A stretch of 37,117 bases of DNA, taken from IMG/VR virus record IMGVR_UViG_3300019477_000150; one strand, given 5' to 3'. The translations under genes and the position numbers were made by a program. The notes below the pieces were generated by a model. It saw only the letters and a program-made list of their open reading frames with translations, was not told where the DNA came from and ran no database searches. Below are positions 18,724 through 26,826 of this stretch, one piece after another (position 1 is the first letter of the stretch; each line of letters opens with the position of its first letter). Origin of the DNA: a virus.

Positions 18724-18954
18724 TTAAGATAGGGCTTTTTTGAGCGTAGATTTGAGCAAGTGCCATTCTTCAAGCTCTGCTTTTAGGGCAATATTTTCAC
18801 GTAGTAGCTCTATTGCAGCCGCTGTTTGATCGCTTATTTTGCCGCTACCAATAGTCGCCCGAAAGCTTGCATCACCCCAGCCTATCTTTTCGGCTAGCTC
18901 GCCATACGTGAAGTCATACTCTTTACAAAACGCTTTTACTTCATCTGCTGTCAT
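18724..18954 (-). CDS. Small HTH DNA-binding protein (paralogue of the C-terminal domain of 21307..21690), 76 aa.
   Basis: ...ELAEKIGWGDASFRATIGSGKISDQTAAAIELLRENIALKAELEE aligns with ...ELAERIGMSADSLRTLSAKGQISTQTEAAINLVLENENLKKELEN. Confidence 0.5.
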   Translation of the reverse strand: MTADEVKAFCKEYDFTYGELAEKIGWGDASFRATIGSGKISDQTAAAIELLRENIALKAELEEWHLLKSTLKKALS

Positions 18955-18993
18955 TGTCTATCCTTTTTTAAGGCGATTTTATCCGATCACCCC

Positions 18994-19464
18994 TTAAAAT
19001 GGTATTTCATCGCTATCGCAATATTGGCTCACATCTATTTCATCGCTTGCACTCTCGCTAGCTTGTGGCGTGTGGGAGTTATTATTTCTTTTTGGTGCGC
19101 TCCATGTGACTTCAAACATCAGTCCGTTGGGCTCTTTTGGGCTAAATAATGCTAGATAAACACGTCCGCCAGCTACTAGAGGCGTTTCTATATGCCCTTT
19201 AAAATAATTTGTTTTTCCGTCGTTGCTTACTGCGTTCCAAATACCCCCTATAATTTGCCTTGCTCCCTCGTATTTTTTAGGCTTAAAAAGCACGATTTTA
19301 TATACTGGTGCATTTTGATTTTTAGCTAACTCCTCATCAGGAGTTGGGATCAGCCCACACTCGATAGGGCGTAAAAAGGGGATATTTATCATACCCCCTA
19401 TAAATTTTACTTCCTTGCCGTCTTGAGCTTTGAAAGTTTGATTTTTGAAATAGCCTACATTCAT
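18994..19464 (-). CDS. DUF736-like protein ending in an SSB-type acidic tail (...SDEIPF); putative ssDNA-binding partner of RecT.
   Basis: The MNVGYF...NAPVYK...IGGIWN...YF...WSAPKR pattern matches DUF736. The C-terminal D/E-rich segment ends IPF like the bacterial SSB C-terminal tip. The start is adjacent to the RecT stop at 19464. Confidence 0.5.
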   Translation of the reverse strand: MNVGYFKNQTFKAQDGKEVKFIGGMINIPFLRPIECGLIPTPDEELAKNQNAPVYKIVLFKPKKYEGARQIIGGIWNAVSNDGKTNYFKGHIETPLVAGGRVYLALFSPKEPNGLMFEVTWSAPKRNNNSHTPQASESASDEIDVSQYCDSDEIPF

Positions 19465-20459
19465 TAGTTATCCTTTAAATTTTCTATTAAATTGTCTATG
19501 CTATTTGGGTCATTTAGATAGGCAGTAGCCTCATCGATGCTTAGCCTCTCAACTAAATTTTCAGCCTCTATTTCACTAGCACCTCGTTTCACCAGCTCGC
19601 TTTGTAGTAGGTCGTGAGGCATTGCATTATCTAACACTTCGGCTTCTTGAATTGTCAACTCTTGGTTGATAGTTGGCTTGCTTGGTTTTTCCGAACTACT
19701 CAAAAGCTCATTTAGTCCAGCTTTTGGCGGTGTAATAGTTTCTTGTTTTGTTATAGGCTCGTCCTCTACACTTACGGCTTCGGCTAGGCGATCATTTATT
19801 GGCAAGCGTGAAGCAACGTATTTAAGAGCTTTGGCTTTATACATCTCCTCCGCCCAGTCTAGCCATATATACTCAAGCTTGTCTTTTTTGCTTTGGTTTT
19901 GGCTTTTTAAGCGTAATTTCTCGAGCTTTTTCTTACTGACAAACTCACTGAAAACATTATCGTTGCTGTCTTTTGCATATACGATCACACCAACTAAATG
20001 GCTAAATACCCAGTCGCCGTCATCGTCGCTTCGTTCGTCATAATTTGGCGTAAAGTGTATCTTGTCATCAAGCCCATTAAACTCTAGGCTAAAATCATCA
20101 CAATCGTAAACGGCTACTGCTCTAAATTTCCAGCCATTTTTCATACCTAAACTAATAAGCCCTTTGTAGCCTATTTGTAGTTGCGCGGTTTCGCCACCAT
20201 TTTTTAGTTTAAATGGCACTACATAAGCTTGACCGAAAAGCTTATTTGGGTTTAGTCCGATTTGGACTATCTGCATAGCTGTATTTACTATGCTTTCAAC
20301 GCTACAATTTCTTAGACCATAATCGTTCGCCATATTCGCAATAGCGCTAGCAAAAATTGAAGCCTTAGCCTTATCGTTGCCAACTATGGTTGAGATTTGG
20401 TTCATTTTTGAGCCTACTAACGCCCTCGCTTGTTGCTCTCTTGGTTGTATTTGGTTCAT
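19464..20459 (-). CDS. recT: RecT-family single-strand annealing protein.
   Basis: RecT-like core (...QLQIGYKGLISLGMKNGW...) in the size range of phage RecT/Red-beta-like recombinases, with an acidic C-terminus. Confidence 0.75.
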   Translation of the reverse strand: MNQIQPREQQARALVGSKMNQISTIVGNDKAKASIFASAIANMANDYGLRNCSVESIVNTAMQIVQIGLNPNKLFGQAYVVPFKLKNGGETAQLQIGYKGLISLGMKNGWKFRAVAVYDCDDFSLEFNGLDDKIHFTPNYDERSDDDGDWVFSHLVGVIVYAKDSNDNVFSEFVSKKKLEKLRLKSQNQSKKDKLEYIWLDWAEEMYKAKALKYVASRLPINDRLAEAVSVEDEPITKQETITPPKAGLNELLSSSEKPSKPTINQELTIQEAEVLDNAMPHDLLQSELVKRGASEIEAENLVERLSIDEATAYLNDPNSIDNLIENLKDN

Positions 20460-20462
20460 TTT

Positions 20463-21161
20463 TTATCCTTTCTTTATGAAATAATCGTCTCCGTCAGCAT
20501 ACGCCATAACTGCACCTATGGCTGTATAGCTCTTTTCTAACTCTTTTTGTATCTTTGCTAAATTTAATATGATCGTTTCGTCTTTGCTTTGTGAAAGCTT
20601 TTTGTATCTCTCTTTGTAGTAGTCACGCTCTGCCTTTATCTGTGCGTATATGGGATCGCTTGGGCGTGGGGTACTCGCCTTTTCTAGCTCGTGCTTTAAA
20701 ACAACTATCTTTTCATTATGCTGTTTTAGCTGGCTTTTGTAGCCGTTTATCTCTCTTTTGTGACGTTTTGCGTTATCGATCAAGACGGCGTTAAGGTCGG
20801 CTACTTTACTAACAAGGGATAAATTCTTTTGCCTAGTCTCTTTTGCTTGGGCTAGCTCGCTAAGTATTGTTTTTTCTAGCTCTTGCTCCGCCCAAAGCCT
20901 AAAGTATTTAGCCTCTTTGCTTCTGATAAACATGCCAAGCTTAATAATGCCACGCAAAGTCCATTTAATGAGTGGGCGGTTGCGGTCGTTTTTAACTACG
21001 ACAAAATGAATATCCTCTACTATCTCGTCTGCATGCTCTCGCTTATGATCCCTGATGTTAGTTACCGAAGTACCATAGCGCTCCGCCACATATTCTGTAG
21101 TAAAGGTTAAGAAATTTAGAATTTCGACTTGTGTTTGCTCTGTTTGAAATAAATTTTGCAT
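20463..21161 (-). CDS. Putative antirepressor/Rha/ORF6N-like N-terminal DNA-binding domain with C-terminal coiled coil, 232 aa.
   Basis: N-terminal ...VAERYGTSVTNIRDHKREHADEIVEDIHFVVV... is weakly reminiscent of ORF6N/Rha domains. The C-terminal half is heptad-rich. Confidence 0.3.
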   Translation of the reverse strand: MQNLFQTEQTQVEILNFLTFTTEYVAERYGTSVTNIRDHKREHADEIVEDIHFVVVKNDRNRPLIKWTLRGIIKLGMFIRSKEAKYFRLWAEQELEKTILSELAQAKETRQKNLSLVSKVADLNAVLIDNAKRHKREINGYKSQLKQHNEKIVVLKHELEKASTPRPSDPIYAQIKAERDYYKERYKKLSQSKDETIILNLAKIQKELEKSYTAIGAVMAYADGDDYFIKKG

Positions 21162-21306
21162 ATTTTCGCCCTTTATGTGGATATTGTTTAAATATTTGGC
21201 GAAACTATATCAATATTATTTAGATTTGTCAAGTAGTTTTGTAGATATTATTTTACAAATATCTTTAAAAGATGTGGATATTTTTAATAGACGGAATTTC
21301 CGTCCA

Positions 21307-21690
21307 TTAATCAATCATTGTTTTTATCGCGGTTCTCAATGCTTTGTAGTTTTCAAGCTCCTTTTTTAAATTTTCGTTTTCAAGCACCAAATTTATGGCG
21401 GCTTCGGTTTGCGTGCTGATTTGCCCTTTTGCGCTTAGCGTTCGCAAGCTATCCGCACTCATTCCTATCCTCTCCGCCAACTCTCTTTGAGTTATACCAA
21501 GTTCTTTACATACACGCTTTACGATGTTATCGTCCATAGCCTCTTGCAAATCCTGCTCTTGCTTTTGGCGTTTTTTGTAGCTATTGTAAGCTCTATTAGC
21601 CTTTGCTTCTTCTAGGTCTGCTTTTATCTTGCCGATATTTGCCTCTTTCTCTAGTGTATCAAGCATTGTTTTTTCTATTTCGTCACTCAT
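21307..21690 (-). CDS. HTH DNA-binding regulator, 127 aa (paralogue of 18724..18954).
   Basis: The C-terminal HTH block is shared with the 76-aa protein; the N-terminal half is a coiled coil. Confidence 0.5.
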   Translation of the reverse strand: MSDEIEKTMLDTLEKEANIGKIKADLEEAKANRAYNSYKKRQKQEQDLQEAMDDNIVKRVCKELGITQRELAERIGMSADSLRTLSAKGQISTQTEAAINLVLENENLKKELENYKALRTAIKTMID

Positions 21691-22409
21691 TATTTGTCCT
21701 TATTCGGTTTTTTATATTCTTCAACTAATGTTTTTAGGATTATTTCTATAGTTTCTTTATCTTTTGCCCCTTTTAGGAGTGTCTCCATAAAAACTATAAA
21801 TTCATAATCCTTATAATTACTATGTTCTCGTGCTTGCAAGATATTAAGTATAGTTTCTTTTGAAACTGGGGCAGGTTCGTTGTTGTCTATTTCTTGCTCG
21901 TTAAAAGAAACGTAATTGTCAGTCTCTGCTGGTAGTGTTTCTTTTTTGATGTCTTGGTCACTTATCGGTTTTTTTTGTTCTTCTATTTTATTTAAAAGAA
22001 TTTCTACCGCTTCAGTTAGTATTCTAGTTCTGCTTGCCCCTATTTGTATTCGTGCCTCATTTATTCTATTGATAATTATTTGTTCGTCCTTGTTTTTATA
22101 AAGGATAGTTATGATCACTGCTAAAAAAATAGCAAGCATAAAAGCATCATCGCCTAGCCTATAAGAAAGCTTATCGAATATAAAAAGAGTAGTAAAAAAA
22201 ACTGCAATGTATTTTATAATCGCATACGCTACAAATTTAAAACTTATTAGCTCTTGCAAAAGGGTTTTTTGGGTAATAATATCGGCTTCGTTGTAAAGAT
22301 CAAGTTTTTGTAAAAACTCCTCTTTTTTTAATGAATTTTCTTTTGGGATAAGCCACTCATCTTCTTTTTTTAGTTTTTTATTGATATACCAACATCTAAG
22401 CAGCGCCAT
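21690..22409 (-). CDS. Hypothetical membrane protein (2 TM) with coiled coil, 239 aa.
   Basis: ORF overlapping the upstream gene by 1 nt; contains hydrophobic segments. Confidence 0.4.
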   Translation of the reverse strand: MALLRCWYINKKLKKEDEWLIPKENSLKKEEFLQKLDLYNEADIITQKTLLQELISFKFVAYAIIKYIAVFFTTLFIFDKLSYRLGDDAFMLAIFLAVIITILYKNKDEQIIINRINEARIQIGASRTRILTEAVEILLNKIEEQKKPISDQDIKKETLPAETDNYVSFNEQEIDNNEPAPVSKETILNILQAREHSNYKDYEFIVFMETLLKGAKDKETIEIILKTLVEEYKKPNKDK

Positions 22410-22477
22410 TTCTTATACCTTTAGACAAAATTTTCAAATTTTATTTAAAGATTTTTAAAATAAACTTTTTCTTTAAA

Positions 22478-23326
22478 TCACGCTATATTTTCGTAAAATT
22501 TCCACGTCGGCAGGCTCAAAGTTTGTACCGCCTCTATCTTGTCGCCGTCTTTTTTTGCATAGCCCCACCACTCGTCGCGTTCTTTACAATATTTATATAG
22601 CTCTAGCAGTTCAAGATATGCTTTGCGGCCTTGTTCTATTGCTGCTGCGTCAAGCTCATAAAACCCTACAAAATAAGGGGCTTTTGTTTCAACGGCGATG
22701 AATAAGAAATAATTGACTTCTTTACCTAGGCTTCTTAAAATATCGCTGTAAAACGCTGCTTGCACGTGATAGTTAAAACTAGCTACCGATCTGGCAAAGC
22801 CACTAGCCGAAGCGTCAGAAGTTGTTTTTAAGTCAATTACTGCACCCAGTTTCTCATTGTAAAAATCAGGGCGACATTTAACCGCAACGCCGTTTATCTC
22901 GCCAAAATAGCTTTGTTCAGCCAGTCCGTCTTTTAAAAATATAGCTGTTTCGCGCATAGAATTAACAGAGTTTGCTATCTCTACGGCTGATCCAAAAGTA
23001 TCAATATCAAGCGAGGTTTTATCGCCTAAATTTTCCAAGAAGTCGCTATAAATCGCTTTGCCCTCTTTGGTGCGTTTGTCAACATCAGGCTCTACGCTAA
23101 ACTCATTTGAAAAGTCTTTTGGCTCTAATACTAGCTTATGCACCGCAGAGCCTAAAAGCAAAGCCTTTGTAGGCTCGCTCCTAAGCTCGTTTTTCATTTT
23201 TAAGTGCAATGGGCTACGCGCTAGTAGGTCGAGGTCGCTCTTTGATATTTCAGGGCGTGCGTGGTATTCTTTATTACTAATATTTTTGTTGTCTTCTAAT
23301 ACTTCATCAAAACTAATTTCAAACAT
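22478..23326 (-). CDS. PD-(D/E)XK-family nuclease (YqaJ/lambda-exo/Cas4-like); probable exonuclease partner of RecT.
   Basis: ...VIDLKTT... (D-x-K) followed by ...YHVQAAFY... (the QxxxY block typical of these nucleases). Sits in a recombination-module context. Confidence 0.55.
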   Translation of the reverse strand: MFEISFDEVLEDNKNISNKEYHARPEISKSDLDLLARSPLHLKMKNELRSEPTKALLLGSAVHKLVLEPKDFSNEFSVEPDVDKRTKEGKAIYSDFLENLGDKTSLDIDTFGSAVEIANSVNSMRETAIFLKDGLAEQSYFGEINGVAVKCRPDFYNEKLGAVIDLKTTSDASASGFARSVASFNYHVQAAFYSDILRSLGKEVNYFLFIAVETKAPYFVGFYELDAAAIEQGRKAYLELLELYKYCKERDEWWGYAKKDGDKIEAVQTLSLPTWKFYENIA

Positions 23327-24245
23327 TTAACACCTCAATTTTACTTAGATTGGTTATACCAGCCGCAGATAACATCTCCTTAATCTTGTCTATTAGCTTG
23401 TCGTGCGGAGCATTTGCTGGAGCTTTAACCTCAAACTCAGCACGGATAGTGTAGATAGCCTTGCCGTTTTCGGCTTCGCGTGGTTTTTGCAAAATTTTAC
23501 GTTGTACATCATAAAAAGCTTGTGGGGCTGGGCTTACTTGTTCGGCTTTTGTACGCTCAATAGCTTCTTGTTTTTCTCTTTCGGCTCTTGCTAGTAGTTC
23601 AGCCTCTCTTTGTGCGGCTTTTGCTTCTAGCTCCGCTTTTTCTCTAGCTGCTCGCTCCTCTGCTTCTCGTCTTGCTTGAGCTGCTATTTCGGCATCTCTA
23701 GCCGCTTTTTCTTGCTCTGCGAGCTTGGCTTGCAAGATTTCATTTTCAAGAGATTGTATTTTTACCTCTATCGCGTCTTTTGTGGCTTTTGCTAGAGTGC
23801 CAGCAGATGTTACCGCGCTTAATTTAATTAGATCGGATGTATTTATTCTTTCAAAATTTAGCCCTTTTTCATCGCAAAGAGTTTTCGTATATTCTGCTAT
23901 CCTTGCGGCGATTGCTTCAAGCTTGGCGTTTTCAAAATTTGCCACGCCGTCTGCTATCTTTTGACGACCATCTGTGATGATAGCTTCGATCTCTTTTTTC
24001 TCGGCTTTTAGTTGATTTACTGGGGCTGAAATTTTATCAATATAAAATTTATATCGCTCACCAATCTCTGTTTTGACCTTATTAAAATTTGCCATCACCT
24101 TTTTTGCTTCAGGGATGTTCTCCTCAGTTACATTGATAGAATATTTCTCTACCTGCCTGCTAGCTTCAGCTTTTAGTTCCTCAAAATTAGTAGTCAATTT
24201 TTGACTATCTGCTGTTTGTGCCTCATAAGTTACAATTAATTCCAT
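23319..24245 (-). CDS. Coiled-coil protein with an extended AEREAxxRAA-type charged helix (DUF1351-like?), 308 aa.
   Basis: ORF that overlaps the exonuclease gene by 8 nt. Confidence 0.4.
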   Translation of the reverse strand: MELIVTYEAQTADSQKLTTNFEELKAEASRQVEKYSINVTEENIPEAKKVMANFNKVKTEIGERYKFYIDKISAPVNQLKAEKKEIEAIITDGRQKIADGVANFENAKLEAIAARIAEYTKTLCDEKGLNFERINTSDLIKLSAVTSAGTLAKATKDAIEVKIQSLENEILQAKLAEQEKAARDAEIAAQARREAEERAAREKAELEAKAAQREAELLARAEREKQEAIERTKAEQVSPAPQAFYDVQRKILQKPREAENGKAIYTIRAEFEVKAPANAPHDKLIDKIKEMLSAAGITNLSKIEVLNV

Positions 24246-24348
24246 TTTTTATCCTTTTTAACGTATTTATCATTTATGTTAAAAATTTCTCAATTTTTTT
24301 ATAATTTCTAAAAACTCGCCGACAGTCATACCAGGCTCATAGTAAAAT

Positions 24349-24696
24349 TCAACAAGCCTCATCAGAATATAAGAGCGCATCTCTTTCAGCCTCCTCTCGT
24401 AGTTTTTTAAGGGTTTGTTTGTAGGTAGTTGTATAGCTTAAGACTGCCTCATTACTCATTTCAGCTTCAACGCATAGCACATAGACAAGCGCTGCGTAGG
24501 CGAAAAAGTCTTTTTTGCAATGCTCGATTAAAAGATCAACTATTTCGCCGCTGTTTTCGCCAAGTGCATTTTTAAATGTGTAGCGGTGGAGGTTATATAC
24601 ATATCTGATGTCGGTTATTAAATAGTCAAACTTTTGGTTTAAATCTATATGTGCCACGTCGCTTTCGGCACGTGCTAGGTCGTAGCTCAAACTCAT
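24349..24696 (-). CDS. Hypothetical protein, first gene of the leftward early operon, 115 aa.
   Basis: ORF; first gene downstream (leftward) of the operator-bearing spacer. Confidence 0.4.
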   Translation of the reverse strand: MSLSYDLARAESDVAHIDLNQKFDYLITDIRYVYNLHRYTFKNALGENSGEIVDLLIEHCKKDFFAYAALVYVLCVEAEMSNEAVLSYTTTYKQTLKKLREEAERDALLYSDEAC

Positions 24697-24985
24697 TTTT
24701 AACTCCTTTTGATATTTAGATAGGCGATATTCTTTATCTCGCCGCCATTGCTGAAAAGCACCCTAAAAAATTTAATTAGCTTTCTCATCTCAAGCTCCTT
24801 TTTCTAATAGAAACCTTGCTCGCCACCGCCGACTGAAAGATGTTAAAAATTAATTTAGCTTGCAAAAGCAACTTTAAAGGAAAATTTTTTGTATGAAAAA
24901 TGTTAGAGGCTTTCGCCTACTCCAAGCAAGCAAGGCTTTTATTAGAAAAAGTGGTGTTTTTCGTTTTATTAATAACCCTGTGAAA

Positions 24986-25134
24986 AACTATCCTAAATCA
25001 GGGCTGGTACTGAGTGATAGCTTTTCGCCCTATCACTGACGCTTCAGATTGAAACGTGATTAAACCTGCAAACTCGCAGGAGGCTCACTCTGTCAGCTTT
25101 CGCTTGAAGCCTACAAAACGTTTTCCGTTTTCGA
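24986..25134. ncRNA. GC-rich structured element (several hairpins) in the early-left leader; candidate regulatory RNA or antitermination (nut/put-like) site.
   Basis: Hairpins AGTGATAG/CTATCACT (25023..25047) and CCTGC/GCAGG (25075..25090). Long-range pairing GCTTCA/TGAAGC. Ends in the palindrome AAAACGTTTT. Local GC is well above the AT-rich surroundings. Confidence 0.3.
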
Positions 25135-25141
25135 TGAGAGA

Positions 25142-25195
25142 AGTATAATATTATTGAACTTAAAAGAAAATAAAAAAGCTCAATATTATTGAACT
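25142..25195. promoter_or_regulatory. O_L-like operator pair: AGTATAATATTATTGAACT (25142..25160) and AGCTCAATATTATTGAACT (25177..25195).
   Basis: The same imperfect palindrome occurs three times in the cI/cro spacer. The two sites are 35 bp apart and overlap a TATAAT. Confidence 0.5.
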
Positions 25196-25451
25196 AAAAA
25201 AATATTTTAAAATTTGTTTTTAGAAATAGGCTGTGGTATAACTTGTTTGGATAAGTGAATGATACATTATGTGTCAAAAGAGATACAGTAATAAAAATGT
25301 TTTTATGGTATAATTTTAGAAAAATGGTGGCATTAGGCTAGCAATTAGCTGGGGTTATAGTAATTTAAACATCGACGTCTTTATCGTATTACTCTTTATT
25401 GTTGTGGGCGTAATAGCTTATTTAGTATTTTTTAAAATCAAGGAGGGCAAT

Positions 25452-25532
25452 ATGAGGAAAAACATAATTGGATTTGCTAAAAAAATGGCAGAGAAGATCG
25501 GTGGCGTTGTTTTGAATAAATTACTAGCCTAA
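25452..25532 (+). CDS. Tiny ORF (26 aa, MRKNIIGFAKKMAEKIGGVVLNKLLA) with a very strong SD, convergent on the nuclease gene.
   Basis: AAGGAGGG lies 6 nt before the ATG. Amphipathic, basic peptide. No homology can be asserted. Confidence 0.2.
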   Translation: MRKNIIGFAKKMAEKIGGVVLNKLLA

Positions 25533-25534
25533 GA

Positions 25535-25984
25535 TCAGCGTTTTCTCCACTCCCACGGCGGAGTAGGATTACTACTCTGCCAAAGCCCTCGCTTGTTCTC
25601 ACGAGCCAGCTTTTCTTGATCTACATACATTCTCGAGTATTTCATGTAAGCCCAAGCATAGCTATTTAGCACCATTTGAGCGTTTATGTCTTGCCCTTTA
25701 TGATGGATAATGCCTAGTGTGCGTTTATATCTATCTTTGCCCTTTGGCTCTACTTCTACAACTTGCCCTGCGATTAGGCTAGCCAAAAATTGTTTTGATC
25801 GTTGTCCGTAGTCTTGCTTTTTCTCTGGAGCGTCAATGCCATATAGCCTTACCTTTGTTTGCTCTTTGCCGCTTAGCACAGTGATAGTGTCGCCGTCAGA
25901 TATTTTTATGACTTTGGCTGAAAAAGCAAAGAGAGATAATGGAGAAACAAAAAGAAAACCGATCAAAAAAATATTTTTTATCAA
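25535..25984 (-). CDS. Secreted staphylococcal-nuclease-like thermonuclease (SNase fold) with Sec signal peptide.
   Basis: ...DGDT...RLYGIDAPE...DRYKRTL...GLW... align with the SNase catalytic blocks. N-terminal MIKNIFLIGFLFVSPLSLFAFSA is a signal peptide. TTG start overlapping the upstream stop (TTGA). Confidence 0.75.
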   Translation of the reverse strand: MIKNIFLIGFLFVSPLSLFAFSAKVIKISDGDTITVLSGKEQTKVRLYGIDAPEKKQDYGQRSKQFLASLIAGQVVEVEPKGKDRYKRTLGIIHHKGQDINAQMVLNSYAWAYMKYSRMYVDQEKLARENKRGLWQSSNPTPPWEWRKR

Positions 25985-26484
25985 TCGTCTTTCTTCTTGA
26001 AAAGTTCTTTTTGGTTTTTTTCTATCTCGCAGACTAAGTTTATTGAGTTTTGGGTTAAATCCATTACTTTTCTGTGCTCACCGTAGTAGGTAGTCTTTTT
26101 TTTGCAAAGTTCCTTTATGTACTCAAGGATGGAAATATCCGCTTTGTATATTTGTTCCAATAATGTTTTATATTCCCCAAGCATTTGTTCTTCTGATATA
26201 GTCTTTTCATAATAATCACTAATAGCTAGAGCGAATATATTAACTCTTATATAGTTTAGTCGGATAATAGCTAAATAATTAAGGGCTTCAATATTTGATG
26301 TAAGCTCTGCAATATTACCATCATAATCTTTTTTTAAAATTTTCGAGAAACAATCTTTTAAGACTAATAAACACTCCTTTTTCTCGTTGTCGGTCCTTTG
26401 TAATATATCTTTTGTTAGCAAATATAAAAAATTAAATAGAGTAAAAAATATAGCTATTGCAGAAAGCCACGCGGGGGTACTCAT
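25981..26484 (-). CDS. Single-pass membrane protein (N-terminal TM, helical soluble domain), 167 aa.
   Basis: Hydrophobic N-terminus AWLSAIAIFFTLFNFLYLL. A 6-nt gap separates it from the upstream gene, and it overlaps the downstream nuclease gene. Confidence 0.5.
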   Translation of the reverse strand: MSTPAWLSAIAIFFTLFNFLYLLTKDILQRTDNEKKECLLVLKDCFSKILKKDYDGNIAELTSNIEALNYLAIIRLNYIRVNIFALAISDYYEKTISEEQMLGEYKTLLEQIYKADISILEYIKELCKKKTTYYGEHRKVMDLTQNSINLVCEIEKNQKELFKKKDD

Positions 26485-26490
26485 AATTTA

Positions 26491-26826
26491 CTACTTTGTT
26501 ATTGGCTTAGAAAAAGCCCTAAATTTTTCTTCTAGCTTTGGATTATCCTTGCTGAATAATTTTATTCTCCTAAAAAACTCAGTTTCCCCTAGTTTTTCAT
26601 ATAAAGGTGAAAATGCTTCAGACAAAAAAGAGGGGTTAAAAGAGGTTTTTATCCCGCTGCCGTCTATATCTATAATGTCATATTTATCCAACAAACCCTT
26701 TAATACATCTTCTCTAAATTCTTCTCCAGACTTATCGCCAAGTCTTTTGTACCTAGGTCCTGGAGCATCCGTAAAATTCTCAGCAAAATTATATATAATC
26801 TTATTTTCCATCATTCTGCTCCTCAC
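26491..26826 (-). CDS. Small STAS-like (DUF4325-like) protein, 111 aa.
   Basis: ...IIDIDGSGIKTSFNPSFLSEAF...L...G resembles the DUF4325 'LDFeGV..isSSFldE.fg' block. It overlaps the ATPase gene by 26 nt. Confidence 0.45.
   Translation of the reverse strand: MRSRMMENKIIYNFAENFTDAPGPRYKRLGDKSGEEFREDVLKGLLDKYDIIDIDGSGIKTSFNPSFLSEAFSPLYEKLGETEFFRRIKLFSKDNPKLEEKFRAFSKPITK

Noticed and set aside
24986-25134. tRNA or tmRNA gene (GC-rich structured island, possible att site)
   Set aside because: No cloverleaf can be drawn. No GTTCRAnYC T-loop or CCA-ending acceptor. Kept only as a candidate structured RNA.
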